A DNA stretch of 64,000 nt from an uncultured Gemmatimonadales bacterium (GTDB taxonomy: Bacteria > Gemmatimonadota > Gemmatimonadetes > Gemmatimonadales > GWC2-71-9): contig CAVUAK010000001.1 of NCBI GenBank assembly GCA_963739455.1, forward strand, positions 2,048,001 through 2,112,000. The letters are read 5' to 3'. Positions 56,115 to 64,000 of this stretch are shown piece after piece. A model generated the notes under the pieces. That model was not told where the DNA came from. It saw nothing but the letters and a program-made list of their open reading frames with translations, and did not search any database. How positions within the stretch are numbered: the stretch's first letter is position 1; every line of letters begins with the position of its first letter. The translations under genes were made by a program, and so were the position numbers.

Positions 56115-57389
56115 ATGACGTTTTGTACGCGAAGGGTCGCTACCCTGGTCGCGCCGCTCGTCCTGGCCATGATACTTACGGGCGTTGCGAGCGCCCAAGG
56201 CACGAAGGGTCTCGAGCCCGAATCGGTCCCGTACGAGACGGCGCAGGACGTCGCTGAGACGCTGGAGCCAAGCACCCTTGGCCCCACACCCGTCGCGGAC
56301 GTGCGGCTGGTGATGGACGGGCTCGGGCTGGCGAAGCTGTTCGGCAACACCGGCATCCGGTTCTGGGGCTGGGCTGAAGGCGGCTACACCGCGTCGTCGA
56401 GCGGTTCGGGGCTCATGTCGGTGCAGACGCGGCAGAACCGCTATGGCAACCAGCTCCTCATGAACCAGATCGGTCTCGTGCTCCAGCGGGGCATGAAGCC
56501 TGGCCAGCTTGATTTCGGGTTCAACGTCCGATATTTCGCCGGCGCGGACGCGGCCCTGGGCCAGCCGAAGGGCGGCATCGGCAACGCAGACAACACCTAC
56601 TTCAGCCAGGACTTCCGGGATCTTTCGGTCTCGATGAACGTGCCGATCAAGGAAGGTGTCGGGCTGGACATCAAGGTGGGCCGCCAGAATACGATCATCG
56701 GCTACAGCGGGTTCCTGTCGCCATTCCGGCCGTTCTACTCGAACGACTACCAGTTCTTCTACTCGCAGGACGGGGCGTTTACCGGCCTGCTGACGACGCT
56801 CAGCCTGGGCTCGGAAGTCACGGTCTCGAACGGCCTCACGCTGTGTGCCAACACCTTCTTCGTCTACCGGAATGAGGGCTACGTCTGCTACATCGGCCAG
56901 GTCAACTACTGGCTGAACCACCAGCGCCGCACCCGGCTCACCGGCTCCACCTACATCGGGCGGCAGGCCATCTTCGCGGCGCCCGGCCTGGGCGGCACGT
57001 TCGTGACGATGGGCGAGGTGCGGGTGCAGCACCAGTGGAACGACCGGTTCTTTCAGGTGGTGCAGTCCAACTTCGGCTGGGACAGCAACACCCCGGTCGG
57101 CACGGCCTCGTGGTTCGGTCTCTACACCATCGGCATCCTGAACCTCTCAAAGCCGTGGGACTTCCTCTTCCGGCTCGACTTCTTCAACGATGACGGGGGC
57201 ACGCGCACCGGGATCAATACCGCATACAGCGAGCTCACCCTGGGGGTGAACTGGCACCCGGTAAGGTTCCTGGAAGTGCGTCCCGAGGTTCGCGGCGACC
57301 TGGCCGGGCGCGAGGCCTACGGAACCGGTGGCGGGAACAATCACAAGTCCCAGGTGATCGGCGTCCTGAGCGCCATGGTCAAGTTCTAG
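56115..57389 (+). CDS. Outer-membrane beta-barrel porin (BBP2/OmpL-like), copy 1
   Basis: Signal peptide, amphipathic strands, GVNWHP…VRPEVRGD, C-terminal F. Confidence 0.75.
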   Translation: MTFCTRRVATLVAPLVLAMILTGVASAQGTKGLEPESVPYETAQDVAETLEPSTLGPTPVADVRLVMDGLGLAKLFGNTGIRFWGWAEGGYTASSSGSGLMSVQTRQNRYGNQLLMNQIGLVLQRGMKPGQLDFGFNVRYFAGADAALGQPKGGIGNADNTYFSQDFRDLSVSMNVPIKEGVGLDIKVGRQNTIIGYSGFLSPFRPFYSNDYQFFYSQDGAFTGLLTTLSLGSEVTVSNGLTLCANTFFVYRNEGYVCYIGQVNYWLNHQRRTRLTGSTYIGRQAIFAAPGLGGTFVTMGEVRVQHQWNDRFFQVVQSNFGWDSNTPVGTASWFGLYTIGILNLSKPWDFLFRLDFFNDDGGTRTGINTAYSELTLGVNWHPVRFLEVRPEVRGDLAGREAYGTGGGNNHKSQVIGVLSAMVKF

Positions 57390-57450
57390 CGTCAGCGCCA
57401 CAACATGAACATATTGCAGATTCACCCCGTCCCCTTCAGTCCGGAGATGC

Positions 57451-58245
57451 ATGCACATGTGTGAGTCCGAGCACGACCAGCGCGACCTCGCATCGCGTCG
57501 CGCATTCATGAAGACATCCACTGCCGCGGCTGCGGTGGGGATCCTTGCGGCCTGCGGCGTGAAGCCTGCCGAGGCGCCGCCAGCAGCAGCGGCCATGGCG
57601 GAGCCGGCGCTGACCCAGCTGACGGTCGGGGCGTTGACGCAGGAAGCCCGCGACGCGATGACGCCCGACCAGATTCTCGCGTCGTTCAAGGAAGGGAATG
57701 CACGGTTCCGGAGCGGCACCAAGATCACGCGCGACTTCCTGGCGGAGCAGCAGGCCACGGCGGGCGGCCAGTTCCCGATGGCAGTTCTGCTGAGCTGTAT
57801 CGACTCGCGTGCCCCGGCCGAGATCCTCCTCAACCTGGGCATCGGCGACGTTTTCAACTGCCGCCTTGCCGGCAACGTCCAGAACGCGGACATCCTGGGC
57901 AGCATGGAGTTCACCACCAAGCTTGCCGGCGCCAAGGTGGTGCTGGTAATGGGCCACTCGGCGTGCGGCGCCGTGGCCGGTGCCATTGCTGATGCGAAGC
58001 TCGGCAACCTCACGCAGCTCCTGGCGAAGATCAAGCCGGCGATAGCGGCAACCGAATTCACCGGCGACAAGTCGGCGAGCAATGCGGCGTTCGTGGATGC
58101 CGTGGCCAAGAAGAATGTCGAGCTGACGGTTGCCGGCATCCGCAAGGGCAGCCCGGTCATTGCGGAGCTGGAGAAGTCGGGTGCGGTGAAGATCGTGGGC
58201 TCGTTCTACGACATCGCCACTGGTAACGTGGACTTCATGGCCTGA
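57451..58245 (+). CDS. Beta-carbonic anhydrase with Tat signal and lipobox
   Basis: SRRAFMK…LAAC; EGNARF, SCIDSR, GHSACGA. Confidence 0.88.
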   Translation: MHMCESEHDQRDLASRRAFMKTSTAAAAVGILAACGVKPAEAPPAAAAMAEPALTQLTVGALTQEARDAMTPDQILASFKEGNARFRSGTKITRDFLAEQQATAGGQFPMAVLLSCIDSRAPAEILLNLGIGDVFNCRLAGNVQNADILGSMEFTTKLAGAKVVLVMGHSACGAVAGAIADAKLGNLTQLLAKIKPAIAATEFTGDKSASNAAFVDAVAKKNVELTVAGIRKGSPVIAELEKSGAVKIVGSFYDIATGNVDFMA

Positions 58246-58264
58246 TCGAAGGAGTCGTGCTGGA

Positions 58265-58295
58265 ACAAGGCGCCGCCCTGACGGGCGGCGCTTGT
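58265..58295. terminator. Hairpin between convergent CA and ureD
   Basis: ACAAG-CGCCGCCC/GGGCGGCG-CTTGT. Confidence 0.55.
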
Positions 58296-58299
58296 CATT

Positions 58300-59286
58300 T
58301 CAGGGTGCTGCGTTCGCGAGGATGACCTCGTCATCTGGCACCGTATCGTCGGTCAGCTTTGCCGGCGTCGAGAACCAGTGATTCTGGGTGAGGTCGCTCG
58401 AGTCGAGGAGCCACGGGCGGGCGCCGGGCCCCCCAGTCCATGTCGCGGCCACGCCGAGGGCGATCGACACGAGATCGGCGGTGACAGCGCCTGGTTCGCC
58501 GCACCATCGGATGCAGCTCTCGCCTGATTCGAGCCGGAAGATGGACCTCCGGATGCCTTGCCCCGGCTCGGGGAACGAGTCGGGCAGGGGTCCCGCGATG
58601 AACAGGCTGGCTGAAGCGAGATGCCCACCTACGTGCCAATCGACAATGTCCGGCGTCCACGGGCCATCCCACCGAAAGCGATCGCGGTAGACGAGCTTGC
58701 CGTCGCGCCGGGCCTCGAAGTCCTGGACAATGCGCTCGAACTGGAAGCGTTCCGAAAGCGCGCCGCGATCATAGCGACCGGGGAGCCAGATGTCGCCCCA
58801 GATGAGGCGGGCGCGCGGCGCAAGATTGGCGCGAGCACGCTGGAAGAAGCGGGCGCCCTTGTATGGAATTGTTGGACCGGGAAGGACGACGAGAAAGGCG
58901 TCGTCCTCGACATCAACCACGAACTGCTGGGTCGCATACCCGGTTACGGCGGGATGGACGCGATTGGCCGATTGTCCAGTCACGACGGCGCGCGTGCCGG
59001 CGCGTGCCGTGATCTCGACGAGGTGCGCATCACCATCCATGAGGCCGGCAGTGAGGTTGATCAGGTAGAGCAGGGAGGCCGGCTCGGAATCGAGCTGGAA
59101 CGGCGGCATGAGGCGCACAGGAACCTGCTGGTAGTACGCGCCGAGCCGAGTCTCCTCGCCCGAGCGCACCAGCTCGATCCGCGCGCCGCCAGTGCGGGCC
59201 GCCGGGTGCACCAATGGCTCGAGTCCCTGGAACTCGGGGCAGAGCACGAGTTCGTCCCGCGTGATGATCACCGGCTTCGGACTCAC
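58300..59286 (-). CDS. ureD: Urease accessory protein UreD
   Basis: LINLTAGLMDGD, TGQSANRVH, LPGPTIPY, GDIWLPGR…ERFQF. Confidence 0.8.
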   Translation of the reverse strand: MSPKPVIITRDELVLCPEFQGLEPLVHPAARTGGARIELVRSGEETRLGAYYQQVPVRLMPPFQLDSEPASLLYLINLTAGLMDGDAHLVEITARAGTRAVVTGQSANRVHPAVTGYATQQFVVDVEDDAFLVVLPGPTIPYKGARFFQRARANLAPRARLIWGDIWLPGRYDRGALSERFQFERIVQDFEARRDGKLVYRDRFRWDGPWTPDIVDWHVGGHLASASLFIAGPLPDSFPEPGQGIRRSIFRLESGESCIRWCGEPGAVTADLVSIALGVAATWTGGPGARPWLLDSSDLTQNHWFSTPAKLTDDTVPDDEVILANAAP

Positions 59287-59393
59287 TGGACTGCCTCCCT
59301 GGAACGTGCCTCGAGATCGCTATTGCTCGAATGAGATGTATGATACTCATGTAGCCGGTACCCCTGCCGGACACCGCTCTCATGGGGGCAGTC

Positions 59394-60671
59394 ATGACCT
59401 TCGCCCCGAGAACCAGTACGGCGGTCCCACCCATCCTGTTGCTCGTTGCACTCGTCACTCCCATGCCTGCGCGCGCGCAGGGCACTCAGGGTCTTCAGCC
59501 TGAATCGAATCCGTACTGGTTCGCCCTGGATTATCGCGATGCAGCCGCCCCACCCGAGCTCGGCCCCACGCCGGTGGCCGACGTGAGGCTGGCGATGGAC
59601 CACCTTGGCCTGGGGCACCTGTTCGGGAACAGCGGCATCAGCTTCTATGGCTGGGTGGAGGGCGGCTACACCGCCGCATCCACCGGGTCCGGTGAGTTGT
59701 CGGTGCAGACGAAGCAGAATCGCTACGGCAACCAGCTGCTGCTGAACCAGATCGGGCTGGTGCTCCAGCGCGGCATGCGGACGAGCCAGGTAGACGTCGG
59801 GTTCAACATCAACTACGTGGCCGGTGCCGACGCGGCCCTGGGGCAGCCGAAGGGCGGCATCGGCAATGCCGACAATACCTACTTCAGTCAGGACTTCCTG
59901 GACCTGTACGCGTCGCTCCATATCCCCGTGTTCAAGCACGGCGGCCTCGACGTTCGGGCGGGCCGGCTCCACACGATAATCGGCTTCAATGCGGCCACGG
60001 CACCGTACCGCCCGTTCTACTCCAGTGACTACCAGTTCTTCTATTCGCAGGACGGGGCGTTCACAGGCGTGCTCGCCACCCTCACGGTGAACGAAGATCT
60101 CGATATCTGGAGTGGGCTCACGCTGTGTGCCAACACGTTCTTCACGATGCGGAACGATGGTTACGTCTGCTACATCGGCCAGGTCAACTACTGGCTCAAC
60201 CACGAGAAGGGCACACTCCTGACGGGCTCGACCTACCTGGGGCGCGAGGCGATTTTCGCGGCACCGGGGATGGAGGGCACCTTCGTGACGATGGGCGAAT
60301 TGCGGGTGCAGCGCCAGTGGAGCGAGAAACTCTTCCAGGTGGTCCAGTCCAACTTCGGATGGGATGCCAACACCCCCGTTGGGACCGCATCCTGGTTCGG
60401 CATCTACACGATCGGGATCCTGCATGTTACCAAGCCGTGGGATTTCCGCTTCAGGCTGGACTTCTTCAATGACGACGGGGGCACGCGCACCGGGATCAAC
60501 ACGGCGTATGGTGCGCTGACCCTTGGCGTCAACTGGCACCCGGTGAATTTCCTCGAAGTGCGTCCCGAGGTACGTGGCGACCTGGCCGGGCGTCCCGCGT
60601 ACGGCACTGGGGGTGGCAACACGGACAAGACGCAGCTGATTGGCGTCGTCAGTGCGCTGGTCAAGTTCTAG
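59394..60671 (+). CDS. Outer-membrane beta-barrel porin (BBP2/OmpL-like), copy 2
   Basis: Close paralog of 56115-57389 with long identical peptides; start 59382/59394 uncertain. Confidence 0.75.
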   Translation: MTFAPRTSTAVPPILLLVALVTPMPARAQGTQGLQPESNPYWFALDYRDAAAPPELGPTPVADVRLAMDHLGLGHLFGNSGISFYGWVEGGYTAASTGSGELSVQTKQNRYGNQLLLNQIGLVLQRGMRTSQVDVGFNINYVAGADAALGQPKGGIGNADNTYFSQDFLDLYASLHIPVFKHGGLDVRAGRLHTIIGFNAATAPYRPFYSSDYQFFYSQDGAFTGVLATLTVNEDLDIWSGLTLCANTFFTMRNDGYVCYIGQVNYWLNHEKGTLLTGSTYLGREAIFAAPGMEGTFVTMGELRVQRQWSEKLFQVVQSNFGWDANTPVGTASWFGIYTIGILHVTKPWDFRFRLDFFNDDGGTRTGINTAYGALTLGVNWHPVNFLEVRPEVRGDLAGRPAYGTGGGNTDKTQLIGVVSALVKF

Positions 60672-60763
60672 CGATCGCCTTGCGAGTTTGCCGGGGCCGC
60701 TGCAGCTTGAGAAGTGCGCGCTGTCAGTGAGAATCGCTGACATGGCACCGGGAGGCTCAGCGT

Positions 60764-61867
60764 ATGATGCTGCTCGTCCGGCTCATTTTTGCCTGGGTTA
60801 CGCTCGTCCTGTTCCTCGTGTTCGGCAGCACATGGATCGACGCCCAAATGTCGAGCATGTTCACTGGCGTGCTGCTGCTGTGGCTTTTCGTGACAATGGT
60901 ATGGGCGGCGTTCGGTGTCATCGACGAAGCGGATGCACTGGCTGAAATCCTGGGCGAGCCGCTCGGCTCGCTCGTCCTGACTCTTTCGATCATCTGCCTC
61001 GAAGGAGTCCTCATCGGCATCGCAATCCTATCCAGCAGCTCCGGGGCGACGATCGGGCGCGATACGCTCTTCGGCGCCAACATGATCATGATCAACCTCG
61101 CCGGGGGCCTCGCGCTGTTCCTGGGCGGGCTGCGGCACCGCGAGCAGACCTACAACATGCAGGGTACCTCCGCCTACCTGGCGGTGGTCATCGTGCTGAG
61201 CGTCATCGGCGCGATCCTCCCGAGCTATACCCAGGCCAGCCCCCGTGGAAGCGTGACGAACGTTCAGGCGGCGGGCATCATGGCCGTCGCGCTGTTCCTC
61301 TATGGCATCCTGGTGCTCATTCAGGTTGGAAGGCACTCGCACTTTTTTGCGGAGGCGGAGCCTGCGGGCGCTGCTCAGGTTAGTGCCAGTGGTCCGCCCC
61401 AGCCACGCGCGCGGGAAGGGGTGGCGAAGCATGCGCTCCTGCTTGTTGCGGGCCTCCTGCCGATCGTGCTGCTGGGGAAGTCCCTCACCGCGCTACTCGA
61501 CCATGCGAGCTACAAGCTCGGCGCTCCGCCAGCGCTTGGTGGGGTGATCATCGCCCTGATCGTCGTTTCGCCCAAGGCGATATCGGCCGTCAAAGCGGGG
61601 ATCGCGAACCAACCCCAGCGCGCGGCCAACCTCGCGCTGGGATCCTGCGCGCCGGCAATGGGGGTCATCTTCCCGATCATGCTCGGCATCGGGATCGTGA
61701 CGGGGAAGACGATCATCATGGGTGTGGGACCGGACGAAGTGATCCTGCTTGCAGTCACCCTGGTGCTCTCGGCCCTGACGTTCTCCGGGCCGCGGACCAC
61801 GCTCCTGGAGGGCGCAGCTCATTTGTCGCTCTTCTTCATGTATATCGTGCTCATGTTCAGCCCCTAG
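60764..61867 (+). CDS. chaA: CaCA-family Ca2+(Na+)/H+ antiporter
   Basis: LAEILGEPLGSLVLTLS, GGLRHREQTYN, NLALGS; 10-11 TM. Confidence 0.8.
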   Translation: MMLLVRLIFAWVTLVLFLVFGSTWIDAQMSSMFTGVLLLWLFVTMVWAAFGVIDEADALAEILGEPLGSLVLTLSIICLEGVLIGIAILSSSSGATIGRDTLFGANMIMINLAGGLALFLGGLRHREQTYNMQGTSAYLAVVIVLSVIGAILPSYTQASPRGSVTNVQAAGIMAVALFLYGILVLIQVGRHSHFFAEAEPAGAAQVSASGPPQPRAREGVAKHALLLVAGLLPIVLLGKSLTALLDHASYKLGAPPALGGVIIALIVVSPKAISAVKAGIANQPQRAANLALGSCAPAMGVIFPIMLGIGIVTGKTIIMGVGPDEVILLAVTLVLSALTFSGPRTTLLEGAAHLSLFFMYIVLMFSP

Positions 61868-61950
61868 TACCTCCAGCCCTTTCCTGAACCCCAGGCGCTC
61901 GAAGCCGACATCTGCTTCTTCAATTTCTCGCGAAAGTGAGGCACTGCCCA

Positions 61951-63225
61951 ATGCTTATTCATCGCTCCCTGTGCTTGCATGGCAGCCATGGCCACGGGGG
62001 TGGCCGGGGCCGGCATTTTCATCCGTTGGGCAAGAGCGCGGGCGGGGGAGGAGGTGGCGATTCGCCACCCGAGAAGCTGACTTCACGCGATCAGTTGACA
62101 GCCATGAAGAAGATCCGTGAGGCGGAGAAGATCGGAAGCCGGGAATACAAGCGGCGCATCGAGCGGGGCCTGGACAACGGCCTCGAGGCGGCGCCGTCGA
62201 TCCAGGACCGGACCATCTCCCTCTTTTCGCGCACGGACCACCCGCTCTTCGCCGGCATCAATACGTTCCTGAAGAACCCCTTTGTCGAGAACATCAACGA
62301 CATCAGCAAGTACGATGTGGCGTTCCTCGGCGCTCCCTTCGACTCGGCAACGACGTTCAGGCCCGGCACCCGCTTCGGGCCACAAGGCGTACGCCGGGCG
62401 TCGGCCAACTTCGACGGCTACAGCTCGGACATGGGGGTTGATCTCGTCGAGCAGCTCAAGATCGGAGACGCGGGCGACGTCTTCGTGATCCCATCCAACA
62501 ACTACAAGACGTTCGACCAGGTGGACCTCGCGGTACAGCACCTGCACAAGAACGGTGTGTTCCCGCTGGTCTGTGGCGGGGATCACTCACTTGGCTACCC
62601 GGATATCCGTGGGACGGCACCGTACATCGACGGCAACGTGGGGATCATCCACTTCGACCGGCACATCGACATACTCGACCGGGACATGGATGAAATCATG
62701 CACACCTGTCCCTGGTTCCATGCCACCAACATCAAGAATGCCCCAGCCAGCAACCTGGTGCAGATCGGCATTGGCGGGTGGATTGGTAACCGGCCCGGTG
62801 TGAAGATCGCCCGGGAGCGAGATACCACGGTGATCTCGATGTTCGACGTGGACGAGTGGGGCATCGACGCCTGCATCGACATCGCGCTCGAGTGCGCCTG
62901 GAAAAACGCCAAGGCGGTGTTCCTCTCATTCGACATCGACTGCATGGACATGGGCTCGGCGCCCGGGACAGGCACCCCGGAGCCGGGTGGCTTCATGGCG
63001 CGCGAAGCGCTTCGCGCCGTGCGCCGGGTGGCCAAGGAAGGGCTCTGCGGCATGGAATTGGTGGAGGTCTCGCCGCCGTACGACATCGCCGATACGACCG
63101 CGCTCATGGGTACCAGGGTGATGCTGGATGTCCTGGGGACACTCGTGCAGAACGGGCACCTGGGCAAGCGCATGACGGAGGAGCACGCGCGCCACGAGAA
63201 GAAGGACAAGAAGCCGAAGAACTGA
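61951..63225 (+). CDS. Arginase/agmatinase-family ureohydrolase, GdmH (guanidine hydrolase)-like
   Basis: N-extension GLEAAPSIQDRTISLFSR, TTFRPGTRFGP, GGDHS, FDRHID, MHTCPWFH, SFDIDC, PGTG.PEPGG. Confidence 0.85.
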   Translation: MLIHRSLCLHGSHGHGGGRGRHFHPLGKSAGGGGGGDSPPEKLTSRDQLTAMKKIREAEKIGSREYKRRIERGLDNGLEAAPSIQDRTISLFSRTDHPLFAGINTFLKNPFVENINDISKYDVAFLGAPFDSATTFRPGTRFGPQGVRRASANFDGYSSDMGVDLVEQLKIGDAGDVFVIPSNNYKTFDQVDLAVQHLHKNGVFPLVCGGDHSLGYPDIRGTAPYIDGNVGIIHFDRHIDILDRDMDEIMHTCPWFHATNIKNAPASNLVQIGIGGWIGNRPGVKIARERDTTVISMFDVDEWGIDACIDIALECAWKNAKAVFLSFDIDCMDMGSAPGTGTPEPGGFMAREALRAVRRVAKEGLCGMELVEVSPPYDIADTTALMGTRVMLDVLGTLVQNGHLGKRMTEEHARHEKKDKKPKN

Positions 63226-63237
63226 TGCAGGGAGGGC

Positions 63238-63259
63238 GGGCGGTGGGATCCCACCGCCC
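63238..63259. terminator. Hairpin between convergent genes
   Basis: GGGCGGTGG-GATC-CCACCGCCC. Confidence 0.5.
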
Positions 63260-63265
63260 AAGGTC

Positions 63266-63643
63266 CTACCGTAATGTTCCGGGCGGGTGTTCGTGCTCGT
63301 GTGATGTGTCGGCGTGGAGCGGAGCAGCCAGGTCTTCATGCGCGTGATCGTGCACCGGTGGGTCGTGCACGTGCGAGTGCGCCGCCTTGTTGAATGATGC
63401 TTCCGCGTCTTGTGCACCATGGTTGTGCGGGTGCGAATGCTGGTGCTCGTGTTCGTGCCGGTGCCCGTGCGCGTGGGGATGGCTGTGCTTCAGGTCGCCA
63501 TGCGCATGTTCGTGCGTGTGGCTGTGTTCGTGTTCATGCGCGTGAGCATGCCCGTGAGGATGTGCATGCTCGTGCCCCTGCTCCCTGTGCTCAGCCGGGC
63601 TCCCGTGCTCGTGCCGGTGGCGAAGTCCCTTCCTGTAGGGCAT
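63266..63643 (-). CDS. His-rich putative nickel storage/chaperone protein
   Basis: About 39 His in 125 aa as long (HX)n runs; directly downstream of ureG. Confidence 0.7.
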   Translation of the reverse strand: MPYRKGLRHRHEHGSPAEHREQGHEHAHPHGHAHAHEHEHSHTHEHAHGDLKHSHPHAHGHRHEHEHQHSHPHNHGAQDAEASFNKAAHSHVHDPPVHDHAHEDLAAPLHADTSHEHEHPPGTLR

Positions 63644-63652
63644 GACCGGCTG

Positions 63653-64000
63653 CTACGCCTTGGTGGCCAGCTCCGCAAACTGCTCGCGGACCCACTGGAC
63701 CACCTCATCGATGCCCTGCTTCTGGCGCAGGCTGACCATGAGGAAGGGGCGCTCGCCCCGCATCTTCAGGCTATCCCGCCGCATCACGCCCAGGTCGGCC
63801 CCCACATGCGGTGCCAGGTCGATCTTGTTGATCACCAGCAGGTCGCTGTTGCAGATACCCGGGCCGCCCTTCCGCGGGATCTTGTCACCCTCCGCCACAT
63901 CGATGACGAAGATGAAGCGATCGGCGAGCTCACGGGAGAAGACTGCCGTGAGGTTGTCGCCGCCCGACTCGACCAGGACGAGCTCGAGGCCGGGGAACTG
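63653..64000 (-). CDS. ureG: Urease accessory GTPase UreG (5' end outside window)
   Basis: [33 protein letters not shown]. Confidence 0.93.
   Translation of the reverse strand, partial: QFPGLELVLVESGGDNLTAVFSRELADRFIFVIDVAEGDKIPRKGGPGICNSDLLVINKIDLAPHVGADLGVMRRDSLKMRGERPFLMVSLRQKQGIDEVVQWVREQFAELATKA

Noticed and set aside
59290..61950. Guanidine riboswitch upstream of the porin-chaA-ureohydrolase cassette
   Set aside because: No ykkC, mini-ykkC (paired ACGR loops) or ykkC-III consensus seen in the intergenic gaps.

Overview
GC-rich bacterial chromosome segment. Gene order and protein styles suggest Gemmatimonadota (inference, not verified). Many single-base frameshifts between about 9.5 and 52 kb look like long-read errors. 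There are three parts. (1) 1-8951 is the right end of an element inserted into comM/yifB. It encodes a family-A-like (TV-Pol-type) polymerase, an RHH regulator, an HNH nuclease, a chain of small Zn-finger ORFs (some below the ORF-track cutoff), a 103-aa protein with two copies of the T7-type scaffold C-terminal motif, and a GHKL-ATPase/nuclease cargo gene. Together these suggest a satellite of a T7-like phage. (2) About 9-55 kb is core housekeeping genes (ggt, tsaC, arfB, NtrC-like regulator, ALDH, sigma70, metX-CA-metY, yajQ, rpmE-prfA-prmC-tmk-ctpA, lolA-aroF-smc, rsfS, rplI-rpsR-rpsF, ychF-pth-rplY-prs, tRNA-Gln). It includes an unannotated, apparently leaderless Met/Cys-rich leader-peptide attenuator upstream of metY. 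(3) 55-64 kb is a nickel/urea/guanidine-type accessory cluster: HoxN-like permease, two paralogous porins, Tat-lipoprotein carbonic anhydrase, ureD, ChaA, a GdmH-like ureohydrolase with altered active-site residues, a His-rich protein and partial ureG.
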